Positions 30,201-40,742 are shown, counted from the first letter of the stretch. The stretch is DNA of 53,928 nt from Candidatus Hydrogenedentota bacterium (GCA_045863335.1 BTVY01000029.1:30997-84924), one strand, 5' to 3'. Notes: generated by a model not told the origin, from the sequence alone. Numbers and translations: made by a program.

Positions 30201-31385
30201 CACGGGATGATCGTAGAAGCTGATGACCAGCGGATCGGCGCCGTAGCCGGAATGTATCCAACGAATTTCGCAATTCGCGCCTTGAAATCCCGGCATCGCC
30301 CATAGCAGGTAATTCAGCAGGATGTCGTGCGACTGCGTATCCGCCAGATGGTGCAAATAGGTTCCGCAATTCCGAAGAGAGGCCGAGGCGTCCTCAGCAA
30401 CCTTCTTGATCAGCGTGAACGCCGTATCCCCGTCGTCCACACGAACGCGCAAGGGGAGCACGCCGATGAATATCCCCGGCGTTTGCTTATGGACATCGGG
30501 ACGGCGATTGTGAAAAGGCATGCCGATTGCAATGTCCCGGTTGCCGTTCATGCGATGGACGTACCCCGCAAGCACTGCGGAATAGATGTTGAACGTCGCC
30601 GCGAAGGGGGTCTTCGTCGCCACATCCTCATGCTGCGCGAGCCGCCGGATCCGCTCCGAGCGTTCCGGCCCCAAGTCCACCCGACGATGAACGATGCGCC
30701 CCGCGGTGCGCTGGAGGGGCGCGCCGTAGAACGACATGGGCTCCGGCGGAGAAGCTGACTTGGCTTTCCAGAATTCCAATTCCCTGGGATCGGCGTCCTG
30801 ATTTCTCCGGTCCATGCTATCGGCAACATAGTCGGCGAACGCGGGAACTGCCGGCGCTCCGTCAAGCCTGCCTTGCGTGGCCAGTCCGTAGTACTCGTCC
30901 ATGTACCGCATGGTAATGAGAACGGAAAATGCATCGGTAATGATGTGATGCTGGGCGAGATACCAGGCGCATTTCTCGGGTCCCAGCCGCACCAATGCGG
31001 AATCGAACAATCGTTGACCGAAATCGAAAGGCCGGCGGCAACGTTCCTGCGCCCACGACTCGAACGCTTCGACCGGATCCGCCGCACTCGAGAGATCGAC
31101 CTCGTCCAGGGTAAATTCCACACGCGGCAGGACCCGCTGCTGCGGCACCCCGTCAATGATCTCAACCACCGTGCGCAGGGCGTCGCATCGTTGAATCAGC
31201 GTATCAAAGGCTTGGCGAAACAGCGTTGTATCGAGAGGAAGAGGGATGATTAACGCGAGCGCGTTGTTGTACAGGGGGACATCGGGGTTGAGCTTCTGAC
31301 CGAGCCAAAAGATCCATTGCGTCTTCGTCAGATTCGATCGGCGGTAAATATCCAACCCGTGAACTCCAGACAAACGCGTGGCCAT
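27210..31385 (-). CDS. Single-module NRPS: C-A-T-TE
   Basis: C: HHIITDAFS. A: YTSGSTGTPKG, FDASV, NAYGPTE, YRTGD, RGYRIELGEIE, NGKVDR. T: FFDLGGHSL. TE: GHSSGG, PGNH. Start estimated at the ATG at 31385. Confidence 0.93.
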   Translation of the reverse strand: MATRLSGVHGLDIYRRSNLTKTQWIFWLGQKLNPDVPLYNNALALIIPLPLDTTLFRQAFDTLIQRCDALRTVVEIIDGVPQQRVLPRVEFTLDEVDLSSAADPVEAFESWAQERCRRPFDFGQRLFDSALVRLGPEKCAWYLAQHHIITDAFSVLITMRYMDEYYGLATQGRLDGAPAVPAFADYVADSMDRRNQDADPRELEFWKAKSASPPEPMSFYGAPLQRTAGRIVHRRVDLGPERSERIRRLAQHEDVATKTPFAATFNIYSAVLAGYVHRMNGNRDIAIGMPFHNRRPDVHKQTPGIFIGVLPLRVRVDDGDTAFTLIKKVAEDASASLRNCGTYLHHLADTQSHDILLNYLLWAMPGFQGANCEIRWIHSGYGADPLVISFYDHPVSGNMGITFDFNTALFNDEAQQLTVDQFVRAMDYMIDDPSRSVSAMELLSADERTRLVDDLNRTDAPLPPYETAHEWFEAQAKQTPNSTAVVFESNTLTYAELNARANQIAHFLRLEGVGPETMVGLCVERSLDMIAGVLGILKAGGAYVPLDPSYPPERLAFMIQDAQVRVLLTQARVSELLPASGVRAICLDTDWATLATCPDTNPNGSTTSCDLAYVIYTSGSTGTPKGVLLEHRGLCNLIAAQISAFQIDRNSRLLQFASLSFDASVSEIFTALCAGATLCLARQETMASADDLAGVLRDERITTVTLPPSVLKVIDPVDLSELKTVIAAGERCPASVVGKWAPGRRFLNAYGPTEATVCATIAECDGASTEDPVIGRPIANTQVYILDESLRVTPPGIAGELYIGGIGVARGYLNRAGLTAERFIPNPFGSGANDRLYRTGDVARYRLNGDIEFLGRKDHQVKIRGYRIELGEIESRIAAHPDIADNVVIAREDVPDDHRLVAYVVTKSNGRSFNGELRAYLRHALPEYMVPSAFVALDTLPLTPNGKVDRKALPQPTRSAREVSGTAQAARDSLELELERIWEHVLDVRPVGVTDNFFDLGGHSLSAVQLMDEIESRFGQRLAPAKLFEAPTIERLACILRSQNRVSDSVLVPIRPEGSKAPFFCVHPAPGTVFCYIPIAQHIDSDRPFYGLQAPAINGVGRIFDTIEETAACYVEAMRSVRPEGPYHIGGHSSGGTIAFEMARQLEQQGHEVGAIVLMDSFAPIPGDRGNNLYDLLLDAADDAMWLASVMMMVEYFFSTPIELRYRHLRKLDHDAQYEAVLQELKRVNFLAPSAGPGAISGLVENCRAGMKASMRYCPEPYSGNVAYLYTSGFFAVIPEDSFVPSMRQIWALVKRDWRAVVRGLPQLARDTWVTSTRSGLLRRWLTDKTLGWKPFVKGRIDSRPVPGNHISMLADPDAKGVAAEIQDCLDVADRRWEAEPVPVAEEASVV

Positions 31386-31459
31386 GCCGGGGTCGCGTGC
31401 TAACGTCTCATCGTATACGGGGCGAGCAGGAGCCTCGTCTGCGAGGTCTGCCCCGTAGA

Positions 31460-32410
31460 TTATCCATGCTCCGGTATGGAACTCGTTCCGGTCTCCACCA
31501 TCGGACGATCGGAGGGCGGCTGGTTCGGCGCGATTGCGAAACCGCGTTCCCTCAGCACGGTCCGAATCTCTTCGTGCAGTGCGGGCGCAAGTTGCCCGCG
31601 CTCCTTCAAATGGCCGGGGCAATTGTGCCGGCCAGTTGCCACCGGAACCAATTTGATCTCCGGCAAATGTTCAACCAGTTTCGCCTGGTCCGCGTCAGGT
31701 TTGCAGTACTTTCCGTAGAAAATCGTCCCCCGCGGACGGGGAGAAGCGTTCTCGTATTCAGCAAGCACGTCGAAGAACCCCTTGTCGCCAAGCTGCTTTT
31801 TGCACCAGTGGGTGATGACGTTTGCCGACAACGCGACAAGCACCACTTCAATGTATTCCGTCGGCCGCGTGAAGAGTTTCTTGAAGTTGAACAAGGCATG
31901 AAACTGGGGCCCAAGACCGGTCCATACGGTCGGCGGGAATGCCGGCGCGAATCCGATGACGTGATCCATGCCACAGCGGACGCCGAAGTAGAAGGCGGCG
32001 CTCCCACCGCCGGAAGCGCCCATGGCCACATGATGTGTCGCGCCAAGTTGATCGCAGATTTCCTTTACTTTGCGCGTGTAGTATTCGAGGCCGGTGGGCT
32101 TCCCGTCGGGCGCTACGTGATAAGCCATGCGGCGCAGGTCCCGGACGAACACCAGGTTTGTGTTGTGCCCGAGGCCCGCCAATTGCTTGCGCATCTCGAA
32201 GCGCGGCTCGCCTGCGAACAGGACGTCCATGCCCGAAAATATTACGATTGTCACGTCCGCGCCGCGATCTTCAATCCGGAAGTAGTCCTCCTCGTTCGAG
32301 ATGGCGTTCTCGCCTTCGAAGACCTTGAAGGTGCCCTCTTCCTCCATGTTGCGAGCCAGGCTCGGCAGGAACATGCGCGTAAGAACGCGAAAGACCTTTT
32401 CTTTCAGCAT
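31460..32410 (-). CDS. Alpha/beta-hydrolase-fold protein
   Basis: IFSG, GASGGG nucleophile elbow, C-terminal GRHN; ATG at 32410 after GGAGAGG. Confidence 0.7.
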   Translation of the reverse strand: MLKEKVFRVLTRMFLPSLARNMEEEGTFKVFEGENAISNEEDYFRIEDRGADVTIVIFSGMDVLFAGEPRFEMRKQLAGLGHNTNLVFVRDLRRMAYHVAPDGKPTGLEYYTRKVKEICDQLGATHHVAMGASGGGSAAFYFGVRCGMDHVIGFAPAFPPTVWTGLGPQFHALFNFKKLFTRPTEYIEVVLVALSANVITHWCKKQLGDKGFFDVLAEYENASPRPRGTIFYGKYCKPDADQAKLVEHLPEIKLVPVATGRHNCPGHLKERGQLAPALHEEIRTVLRERGFAIAPNQPPSDRPMVETGTSSIPEHG

Positions 32411-32420
32411 GACCTCTCCG

Positions 32421-33584
32421 TTACCCGTTAGCGTTGCCAACGTCTTGCGTCGCCGCGCGTGAGTCAAGTACTTCGTTGTACAGTTGCCGGACGGTTCTCG
32501 CCTGAACTTCCAGCGAAAACTGCTCGACCGCCTTCGTTCGGGCGGCCCGGCCCATTTCAAAGAGTCGCTGTCGATCCGCCTGCAGCGCGTGAAGCGCCTC
32601 GAATAGCCCGTTGGCGGAACCGTCAAAGACGAACCCGTTTACCCGGTCGTCGACAATTTCGGACAGCATGCCGCGGTCGGCCACGACGGCCGGTTTACCC
32701 ATGGCCATGGCCTCGCGAACGGCGCGACAGGTTCCATCGCTGCCCGGTACCAGGAACACCTTGGTCGAAAAGGCCTTTACCATCCCGACGTAGTTCTCGC
32801 CGGCGACATAGCCTGGAAAATGGACCCGGTCCGATAATCCCAGTGTTTCGACAGGTTGCCATCCCACACGTGCTTGATTGGTGCCTCGACCCACTACTAT
32901 AGCATGAGCATCGCATCCGGCGTCTACCAATCGACGAATTGCGTGGAAGAAATCCTCGTAGCGCCGGTGCAACTGCATCCGGGCTACGATTCCAACCACA
33001 AAAGCCTGCGGTCCGATTCCAAGCCAGCGGCGGCCATCCGGGACCTCCCGGGACGGGTCGAACCGCTCCACATCTACCGCTCCTGGAACTACTTGCATAG
33101 ACTCGCGCGGGTAGCCGTAGGTTTCAGCGTCATGCTCCAAAGCGATGCGCGACGGTTCCAGCAGGCGGGCCGTTCGCATGAGGAGCGGGCCTTGCCGCGC
33201 CGGCTTTTGTAACCCCGTGCCATCGTAATTTGAGCGGACGAGCGGAATCCCGAGCCGCCCGGCAGGACCGGCCGCGATGCGGTGGTCGTTTTCGAGATGG
33301 CAATGGACGAGATCGTACGGAGTCGTTTTGAGATGGCGCGTTAGCGCCTGCGAATCGAAGAAATTGGCCACCGGATTGCGGTGCTTGTTTAGCCGGAAGG
33401 CAAGGATTGGCTCCACCCCCCGGTCGCGGGCGGTCTCCAATAGGGTATGCTGGGTGCCCGCCGGGAGATTCGGGAACGCCAAGTCCGCCTCGACCCCAAG
33501 CTTTCGCAGCGACACCACCAGGTTCAGCGCGGGCTCGGCGGGTCCGGTGTACTTCGCATTGCTGAAGAGGTGAAGGACTTTCAT
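32421..33584 (-). CDS. Glycosyltransferase family 4
   Basis: MKVLHL, GAVDVERF, GIVARM, EAMAMGKPAVV..GMLSEIV..NGF. Confidence 0.9.
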   Translation of the reverse strand: MKVLHLFSNAKYTGPAEPALNLVVSLRKLGVEADLAFPNLPAGTQHTLLETARDRGVEPILAFRLNKHRNPVANFFDSQALTRHLKTTPYDLVHCHLENDHRIAAGPAGRLGIPLVRSNYDGTGLQKPARQGPLLMRTARLLEPSRIALEHDAETYGYPRESMQVVPGAVDVERFDPSREVPDGRRWLGIGPQAFVVGIVARMQLHRRYEDFFHAIRRLVDAGCDAHAIVVGRGTNQARVGWQPVETLGLSDRVHFPGYVAGENYVGMVKAFSTKVFLVPGSDGTCRAVREAMAMGKPAVVADRGMLSEIVDDRVNGFVFDGSANGLFEALHALQADRQRLFEMGRAARTKAVEQFSLEVQARTVRQLYNEVLDSRAATQDVGNANG

Positions 33585-33635
33585 ATCGTGTCATTCCCGG
33601 TCCCGAGTCGACATGGAGGACGGGGCGTCCGCGAG

Positions 33636-36600
33636 CTAAGCCGCGCCGTCGAACCGGACGCTCACCAACTGGGAGACGCCGCGCTCCTGCTGTGTTACCC
33701 CATAAAGCGCGTCGGCCTTCGACATGGTCTGTTTGTTGTGGGTGATAACGACGAATTGGCTCGACGCCGTGAACTCGGACAGCAGCGCCAGGAACCGTCC
33801 GATATTGGCATCGTCCAGGGGCGCGTCGACCTCGTCCAGCACGCAGAATGGGCTGGGCTTGGCCTTGAAGATGCTAAACAGCAGCGCCACCGCCGTCATC
33901 GCGCTCTCACCACCGGAGAGCAAGGAGATGGACGTGGGTTTCTTTCCGGGAGGCCGCGCTTCGATTTCGATGCCCGATTCCAGCGGATCGTCCTCGTCGA
34001 GCAGGTAGACCCGGGCTTGACCGCCATTGAACAGGCGGCGGAAGAAATTGCTGAAGTTGTCGCTGATGCTCTTGAAGGTCTCCAGGAACATCTCGCGAAT
34101 CTTTTTGTCGCTGCGTTCGATGACGCCCATCAGCGCCTCGCGCGCCTGATGCAGATCCTGAGACTGGGTTTCGAGGAAGGCGTTGCGCTCTTCCAGCGCC
34201 TCGTACTCCTCGATGGCCATCAAGTTAACCTCGCCCATGCGCTGGATACGCTGCCGCAAGTCGTCGACCAGCTTGTGGCGCGTCTCGTCGTCGTGCTCAT
34301 CGGTGCCGACCTTCTCCGCGTCAAGGGAGGCAAGCGATACCTGGTACTCCGACGCAATGCGTTCCTGGAAGAACTCGACGCGGTCCTCGTCGTGGCGCAG
34401 GTCCAGTTCGAGCTTATGCACCTGGGATTGCACCGAACGGGCCTCTTCGCGATGCTGCTTCAGATCCTTGTCGATGGCGTCGCCTTCGTCCAAGAGCGCC
34501 TGCAACTGGTTCTGCGCCTCAACGGCCTTGCGCGTGGCTTCTTCCTTCGTTTCGGACAAGGCCTTAGACCGTTCGATGTGCAGCGCGATCTCGTTGTCGA
34601 GCGTCTTCTTCTGCTCTTCCAGTTCCGCGATCAGTTCCTTACGCCGCTCGGCCTGCGCGAGTGCCTCGGTACGCTCGCGATCTTCGCGCTGCCGGTCACG
34701 CTCGATCTCTTCGAGGCGCTGCGCGGTGCCGGCTTTCTGGACGCGCAGATCGGCAAGCGCGCTTGCACATGCCGATAGCGCCTGGCGCGCGTTGGACGCG
34801 GCTTCCTGCGCTTCGGACATCTGCTGCTCCAGGATTTCGTCGTCGCTCTGGATCGTGTCGGCGCGCTGCAACGCCTCACGCCGCTGCTGCTCGAGTTGCT
34901 CGCGCCGCGCGCCCAATTCATTGCGGCGCTCGTCCAGGGCGCGTCCGGACTGGACCAGGTTGTCCAATTCCGCGCTGGCACGCGCGATGGCAACGCCCAC
35001 ATCGCCCACTTCCTTGCGAAGGCCCGTCAGCCGGGCGTCCAAGTCCCGCAGCTCCTGCGCGGACCCCGTCAGCGCCTCCGCCAATTGCTGCCGCTCCGAC
35101 GCTATCTCGCCAATCCGTTTCTCCGTCTGGGCGGTGCGCTCTTCGAGTTCCGTAATCTCCGCGCTCCGTCCCAGCAGCCCGCGGCTCTCGTGCCGGGTCC
35201 GTCCGCCGGTCACCGCGCCGGCGGCCGATACAACCTCGCCGTCCAACGTGACGAGACGGGGATGACTGGTGCGCGTCCGCGTGATGCGAATGGCATCGTC
35301 CAAAGTTTCGACGATTACGGTGCTGTACAGCAGGTACTCCACCGCGCTGCGCAGCTTCGGCTCGAATCGCACGAAATCGATGGCGGCGCCGATGACGCCG
35401 GGCTGGTCTTTCAAGGAGGATCCATCGTCGCGTAGTCCGCCGCGGATGGTGTCGAGCGGCAGAAACGTCACGCGGCCCGCATTGTGCTGTTTCAAGAAGC
35501 CGATGGCGTCTTTCGCCGCGTCGGCCACGTCCACGACGATGTTATTGATGTTGCCGCCGAGCGCGGCTTCGATGGCTTTCTCGAACTTCTTGTCCGACGA
35601 GAGCAGGTCGCCGACCGGGCCAATGATGCCCTTGAGCATATCCTTGCTGCTTGCCTTCATGATGGCGCGCACGCCGACCGCGAACCCTTCGTAGTTGTCA
35701 CGGAGTTCGCGCAGGGAGTTCAGCCGCGCTTCGATACTGCTTTTCTCTTCGCGCTGCGTGCGCCACTGCTCGTCCAGATCCTGCAACGAAGCCGTCTGTT
35801 GTTCGCGCGTGGCGCTGACCTCTTGACGGCGCCGCTCCGCATCGGCCAATTCCGACTGCTTCTCGGTCTCGCGCGCCCGGTCCGTTTCGAGGACAGACAG
35901 CAATTCCTCGCGCCGCGTGGAAACGCTGTTCTGTTCTTCGTAGACCCGTTCGAGTTGTGCGTCGATCCCGCCGATGTTCTCGGCAAGCGTTTCGATGGCG
36001 CTCTGGGTGCGTGCGCGATCCGTCATGCGCTCGGCCGCCAACTTGCGCATGTGTTCCAGGTGCTCGTCGGTCTTGGCCACGCGGTCCGCGAGTTCCGCGT
36101 GCTCCGCACTTTGCCGTGCGATGCTTTCTTCGTGCGCCGCCAGTTCGCGCCGGACATCCTCCGCGCGCCCGCCGGTACCGCTTATCTGTTCGACCAGGGC
36201 GTTCGCACGCTGCTCCAGATCGGCCTGGTCCTCTTGCGCCTGTTCCCGCTTCTCGTCGGCGTAGGCGATCTGCTGCCGCAGGAGCGCGATCTGGCGCTCG
36301 ATCTTCTCCATTTCCGAGTCGATTTCGTGGACGCCCTGCTGCCGGGCCAACCGCACGCGTTCGACCTCAAGCCGGCTCAGGCCAACTTCTTCCTGGCGCG
36401 CTTCGAGCTTGGTGATTTGCGTCGTCAATTGTTCGAGCCGTTTGCCCGACGACGCGAAGTTTTTGCGGAGTTCCGCAATCTCGGTGGTCAATCGAACGAA
36501 CTCAAACCAAGCCGCGCGGATTTCGATATCCCGGAGCTGGTCGCTCAGTTCCCGGTATCGGATCGCCGCGTTGACCTGCCGCTTTAAGGACCGCATCTGG

Positions 36601-37199
36601 CGTTGCACTTCCGCGATGATGTCGCCCAGGCGAAGGAGGTTTTGTTCCGCCGATTCCAGCCGCCGCATGGCGAGACGCTTGCGGTTCTTGTATTTGATGA
36701 TTCCCGCGGCTTCCTCGAACAAGTACCGCCGATCTTCCGGCTTCGAGCTGAGGATCATGTCCATCTTGCCCTGGCCGACCATGGAGTAGGCTTGCGTGCC
36801 GATCCCCGTGTCCATGAACAGCTCATGGATGTCCTTGAGCCGGCACGGGGCCTTATTCATGAGGTATTCGCTTTCGCCGGAGCGATAGACGCGGCGCGTG
36901 ATTTCCACTTCTGCAAAATCGACGGGAAGCGCCGAGTCGGCGTTGTCGAAGGTGACGGAGACTTCCGCCATGCCGAGGGCATGCCGGTTTTCGCTTCCGT
37001 TGAAGACAACGTCCTGCATGTGGGAACCGCGGAGTTCCTTCGCGCGCTGTTCTCCCAGCACCCAGCGCAAGGCATCGAGAATATTGCTCTTGCCGCAGCC
37101 GTTCGGGCCGACGATCGCCGTGACGCCCGGCTCCATACGAAGGATCGTCCGGTCCGCGAACGATTTGAAGCCGGTCATCTCAAGTTGTTTGAAATACAT
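33636..37199 (-). CDS. smc: Chromosome segregation protein SMC
   Basis: GFKSFA, GPNGCGKSN, long coiled coils with hinge GRVTFLPL, LSGGE, LDEVDAPLD; ATG at 37199. Confidence 0.97.
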   Translation of the reverse strand: MYFKQLEMTGFKSFADRTILRMEPGVTAIVGPNGCGKSNILDALRWVLGEQRAKELRGSHMQDVVFNGSENRHALGMAEVSVTFDNADSALPVDFAEVEITRRVYRSGESEYLMNKAPCRLKDIHELFMDTGIGTQAYSMVGQGKMDMILSSKPEDRRYLFEEAAGIIKYKNRKRLAMRRLESAEQNLLRLGDIIAEVQRQMRSLKRQVNAAIRYRELSDQLRDIEIRAAWFEFVRLTTEIAELRKNFASSGKRLEQLTTQITKLEARQEEVGLSRLEVERVRLARQQGVHEIDSEMEKIERQIALLRQQIAYADEKREQAQEDQADLEQRANALVEQISGTGGRAEDVRRELAAHEESIARQSAEHAELADRVAKTDEHLEHMRKLAAERMTDRARTQSAIETLAENIGGIDAQLERVYEEQNSVSTRREELLSVLETDRARETEKQSELADAERRRQEVSATREQQTASLQDLDEQWRTQREEKSSIEARLNSLRELRDNYEGFAVGVRAIMKASSKDMLKGIIGPVGDLLSSDKKFEKAIEAALGGNINNIVVDVADAAKDAIGFLKQHNAGRVTFLPLDTIRGGLRDDGSSLKDQPGVIGAAIDFVRFEPKLRSAVEYLLYSTVIVETLDDAIRITRTRTSHPRLVTLDGEVVSAAGAVTGGRTRHESRGLLGRSAEITELEERTAQTEKRIGEIASERQQLAEALTGSAQELRDLDARLTGLRKEVGDVGVAIARASAELDNLVQSGRALDERRNELGARREQLEQQRREALQRADTIQSDDEILEQQMSEAQEAASNARQALSACASALADLRVQKAGTAQRLEEIERDRQREDRERTEALAQAERRKELIAELEEQKKTLDNEIALHIERSKALSETKEEATRKAVEAQNQLQALLDEGDAIDKDLKQHREEARSVQSQVHKLELDLRHDEDRVEFFQERIASEYQVSLASLDAEKVGTDEHDDETRHKLVDDLRQRIQRMGEVNLMAIEEYEALEERNAFLETQSQDLHQAREALMGVIERSDKKIREMFLETFKSISDNFSNFFRRLFNGGQARVYLLDEDDPLESGIEIEARPPGKKPTSISLLSGGESAMTAVALLFSIFKAKPSPFCVLDEVDAPLDDANIGRFLALLSEFTASSQFVVITHNKQTMSKADALYGVTQQERGVSQLVSVRFDGAA

Positions 37200-37341
37200 C
37201 GAGTGTTCGTATGTTCCCAAACCGCGTGACGCGGGTGTAACGTTCTTTGTTCAGTGACGACAAGCTGCGGTGGGGCGATACCCATCGCGGAGGCCCAAGC
37301 CTCGGAATGTTGCCGCCCGCATGATATGCGGCAAACGGCCA

Positions 37342-38142
37342 CTACGCTTCCGGTGAATCCTCATTCAGCACACGCTGCACGCGCGTAATGCTCCGGGCGC
37401 AGCCGGTGTTATCGTCCGCATCAATCACCACCGCACATACCCCGGGCCGCTCGTTTGCCACCGTATGGGGTACCGGCATTCCCGTCAGAAACTTCTGTAC
37501 GCTTAAATGGCGATCCAACCCGATCACAGAGTCGAAAGGTCCCGTCATTCCCACGTCGGTGATGTACGCCGTACCCTTAGGCAGTACCCGCTCGTCGGCG
37601 GTTTGCACGTGGGTGTGCGTCCCCACCACCGCGGTGCACTGTCCGTCCAGGTACCAACCCATCGCGACCTTTTCGGCGGTGGCCTCCGCGTGGAAGTCCA
37701 CGAGGATAAGCGCTGTCTCCTCCCGGAGTTTCCGCACCTCGCGCAGGCCAACCTCGAAGGGGCTGGCAAAGGGTTCCATATAGACCCTGCCGATCAGGTT
37801 TACGACCCCGACTTTGCGGCCATCATCCAGCGCGACGACCATGCTGCCCTGTCCGGGCGCCTGTTCTGAATAGTTCGCGGGTCGAATCACGGGGCCTGCC
37901 GAATCGATGCCCTGCACGAGTTCGCGCTTGCGCCACGTATGGTTCCCCATCGTGATCCCCTGGATCCCCATTCCCTGGAGTTCCTTCAGGATCGATGGCG
38001 TAGCGCCCAGCCCGCCCGCGGCATTCTCCCCATTCGCCAGAACCAAGTCAATCGCGTACGTTTCCCGCAGCTCGGGCAACCACCGTTTGATGCACCCGCG
38101 GCCAACGCTTCCAACAATGTCGCCGATGAACAGGATACGCAT
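37342..38142 (-). CDS. ymdB: YmdB-like metallophosphoesterase (TIGR00282)
   Basis: GDIVG, NGENAAGG, GNH, DFHAEATAEK, GTHTHVQT; directly downstream of rny. Confidence 0.93.
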   Translation of the reverse strand: MRILFIGDIVGSVGRGCIKRWLPELRETYAIDLVLANGENAAGGLGATPSILKELQGMGIQGITMGNHTWRKRELVQGIDSAGPVIRPANYSEQAPGQGSMVVALDDGRKVGVVNLIGRVYMEPFASPFEVGLREVRKLREETALILVDFHAEATAEKVAMGWYLDGQCTAVVGTHTHVQTADERVLPKGTAYITDVGMTGPFDSVIGLDRHLSVQKFLTGMPVPHTVANERPGVCAVVIDADDNTGCARSITRVQRVLNEDSPEA

Positions 38143-38152
38143 CGGACCGGAA

Positions 38153-39718
38153 CTACTTCGCCAATTCGGATGCGCGCGTCTCGCGAATCACCGTCACCCG
38201 GATCTGGCCGGGATACGTCATTTCGGCTTCCACCTTGCGCGCTACGTCGCGCGCCAACTGCATGGCCTCGGCATCGGTGATCCGATCGGGCTGCACGGCG
38301 ATTCGGATCTCCCGTCCCGCCTGCAACGCGTAGGATTTTTCCACGCCCGGGAACGCGTCGGCAATCTCTTCGAGTTGTTCGAGGCGCTTGATGTACGTTT
38401 CCACCGTCTCGCGCCGCGCGCCGGGCCGCGCCGCCGACAAGGCGTCCGCCGCCTGCACGAGGACCGCCATGACGGTCTTCTGTTCCATTTCGTTGTGGTG
38501 CGCGCCGACCGCGTTCGCGATCGACTCGCTTTCGCCGTACTTCTTCACGAAATCGTGCCCGATTACGGCGTGAGATCCTTCCACTTCGTGGCTGATGGAT
38601 TTCCCGATATCGTGGATGAGCGCGGCCCGTTTCGTTTCCGGCACGTTCAGCCCGAGTTCAGAAGCCATAATCCCGGCAAGGTGACAGACTTCCATCGAGT
38701 GCTTCAGCACGTTCTGACCGTACGAGGTCCGGTAACTCAGGCGTCCCAGGAGCTTGATGATCTCGGGGTGAAGGCCGTGAACGTCCACTTCAAGGCAGGC
38801 CTGTTCGCCCATCTCCTTGATCGTCTTGGCCATCTCTTCTTTGACTTTTTCGACGACTTCTTCGATGCGTGCGGGGTGGATGCGGCCGTCCGTAATCAAG
38901 CGTTCCAGCGTGATTCGGGCGATCTCCCGGCGCACGGGATCGAATCCGGACAGAATGACTGCTTCCGGGGTGTCGTCAATAATGATGTTGATGCCGGTGG
39001 CGCTTTCGAGGGCGCGAATATTCCGGCCTTCCCGTCCAATGATACGCCCCTTCATTTCATCATTGGGCAGGGGAACGACGGACACCGTGGTCTCCGCCAC
39101 GTGGTCCGCTGCGCAACGTTGTATCGCCTGCGCGATCACCCACTTGGCCTTCTTGTCCGCGTTCTCGACGAGTTCCTCTTCGATTCGCTTTAATCGTACC
39201 GCGGTGTCACGGCGAACCTCGGTTTCGAGCTGCTGGAACAATTCCTTGCGCGCTTCGTCCGCGCTCATGCCGGAGATGTACTCCAGCTTCTGGGTCTGCT
39301 CCGCGATGACGTGGGTGAGTTTTTCCTTTTCTTTGCCGAGCGTTGCTTCTCGTACACCAAGATCGCGTTCTTTCGCGGTCAATTCTCCGGCTTTGCGCTC
39401 GATGGTTTCGACGCGCTTGTCAACCGTTTCTTCTTTTGCCAGGATTCGCTTTTCGAGGGCCACGAGTTCTTTTCGAAATTCTCGCGCTTCCCGTTCCGCC
39501 TCTTCCCGAAGTTGGATTCGCTGTTCCTTGATGGTTGTGTTCGCTTCTTTGATGATCGAAGCGGCTTCGCGCTCTGCGTCTGAAATAGTCTGGGCCGCGT
39601 CGCGACGCGCCTTCCCCAGCAAACTCCTCCCGAACAAGCTGGCGCCGACTACGGCGACGACCAGCCCCGCCACGAAACCCGCTCCGATCCACGCGAAAAT
39701 CAGTGGATCAGAAAACAT
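38153..39718 (-). CDS. rny: Ribonuclease Y
   Basis: N-terminal TM, coiled coil, KH ([13 protein letters not shown]), HD domain (HDIGK), [11 protein letters not shown]. Confidence 0.97.
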   Translation of the reverse strand: MFSDPLIFAWIGAGFVAGLVVAVVGASLFGRSLLGKARRDAAQTISDAEREAASIIKEANTTIKEQRIQLREEAEREAREFRKELVALEKRILAKEETVDKRVETIERKAGELTAKERDLGVREATLGKEKEKLTHVIAEQTQKLEYISGMSADEARKELFQQLETEVRRDTAVRLKRIEEELVENADKKAKWVIAQAIQRCAADHVAETTVSVVPLPNDEMKGRIIGREGRNIRALESATGINIIIDDTPEAVILSGFDPVRREIARITLERLITDGRIHPARIEEVVEKVKEEMAKTIKEMGEQACLEVDVHGLHPEIIKLLGRLSYRTSYGQNVLKHSMEVCHLAGIMASELGLNVPETKRAALIHDIGKSISHEVEGSHAVIGHDFVKKYGESESIANAVGAHHNEMEQKTVMAVLVQAADALSAARPGARRETVETYIKRLEQLEEIADAFPGVEKSYALQAGREIRIAVQPDRITDAEAMQLARDVARKVEAEMTYPGQIRVTVIRETRASELAK

Positions 39719-40253
39719 GTACTAGACCTCCATCCCGACTTGGGACGTCTGTTGTGAGCCCTGCTCAAGGCATTGAGGAGGTCAAAGGGAAGGGTGAGTC
39801 GCAGTTGTAATGTCTATACTATTGTCAGATATAAGGTTAGCTCGAACAACCCCGCGTTCGGCCTGGCCAGTCTAACAGCAGAAAAAACGCCACTGCGGCG
39901 AGTGAAACCCATGTCACCGGATCCCTTTTGCTCCGAAATGCGTCGTAGAGCGAAAAAGTAACTTCCTTGACTCCGAGCGTAAGTATAAGGATCGGTCCGT
40001 CCTCAAGTCAATCATTGCGGACGCGGGTCTTTCGCGGCTTTCACCAGTTGGGCGGAAGACGCAAAGGGTAAAGGCGGGACGGAGAATTTCGATAGGTATA
40101 CGTAAAGTGCGAGTCTCCAGATTGTCTCCTCGTATAGCAATGCTCTTACGAAAGTCCGCCGCCACCGCACTTTTCTGTTGTGCAGCGACAATGGTATGCT
40201 CTCGTCGTTAGGGGATTTTCTTTATCCGGCCCAAGACTAGGAGAAGGCGCTGC

Positions 40254-40742
40254 TTGAACGTCGAGTTCGTCAATCCGTTTGTCGAGAGCATATACGAACT
40301 GTTTGGTACGCTCCTTTCCTCTAAAGTGGTAAGAACCGGGCTTTCCATCACAGAGGGCCACCAGATGCCCCATGAGGTCATGGCCCTCATCGGATTCAGC
40401 GGTGTCATGCGCGGAACTGTCGCGCTGGCGCTTCCTGCGCACACCTGTCAACAGATGGTCGCGCGTCTCCTGGGCATCGAAGTGGCGGATGACGATGAAA
40501 GCGTGTCGGATGCCATCGCCGAAATGGTGAATATCGTCGGAGGGTCGGCGAAAGCCAAGCTCTCCCAAAAAGTCAAACAAACGCTGGAACTGAGCCTACC
40601 GGTCGTCTTTCGAGGCGACGATTTCGACGTGTACTCGCCATCCAAAGCGGTTTGGGTAGAGGTCCCATTCGAGAGCGAACTGGGACCCCTGCGTCTTCGG
40701 TTGTCATTCAAGTCGAACCAATCCGTCTCGCATCCCGTCTAA
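40254..40742 (+). CDS. cheX: CheX-like chemotaxis phosphatase
   Basis: MNVEFVNPF, IGFSG, DAIAEMVNIVGG (ExxN motif), LSLPVV. Confidence 0.85.
   Translation: MNVEFVNPFVESIYELFGTLLSSKVVRTGLSITEGHQMPHEVMALIGFSGVMRGTVALALPAHTCQQMVARLLGIEVADDDESVSDAIAEMVNIVGGSAKAKLSQKVKQTLELSLPVVFRGDDFDVYSPSKAVWVEVPFESELGPLRLRLSFKSNQSVSHPV

Noticed and set aside
39720-40253. 6S RNA upstream of rny
   Set aside because: The position is plausible, but I could not find a long closing stem or central bubble; it looks like a divergent promoter region.
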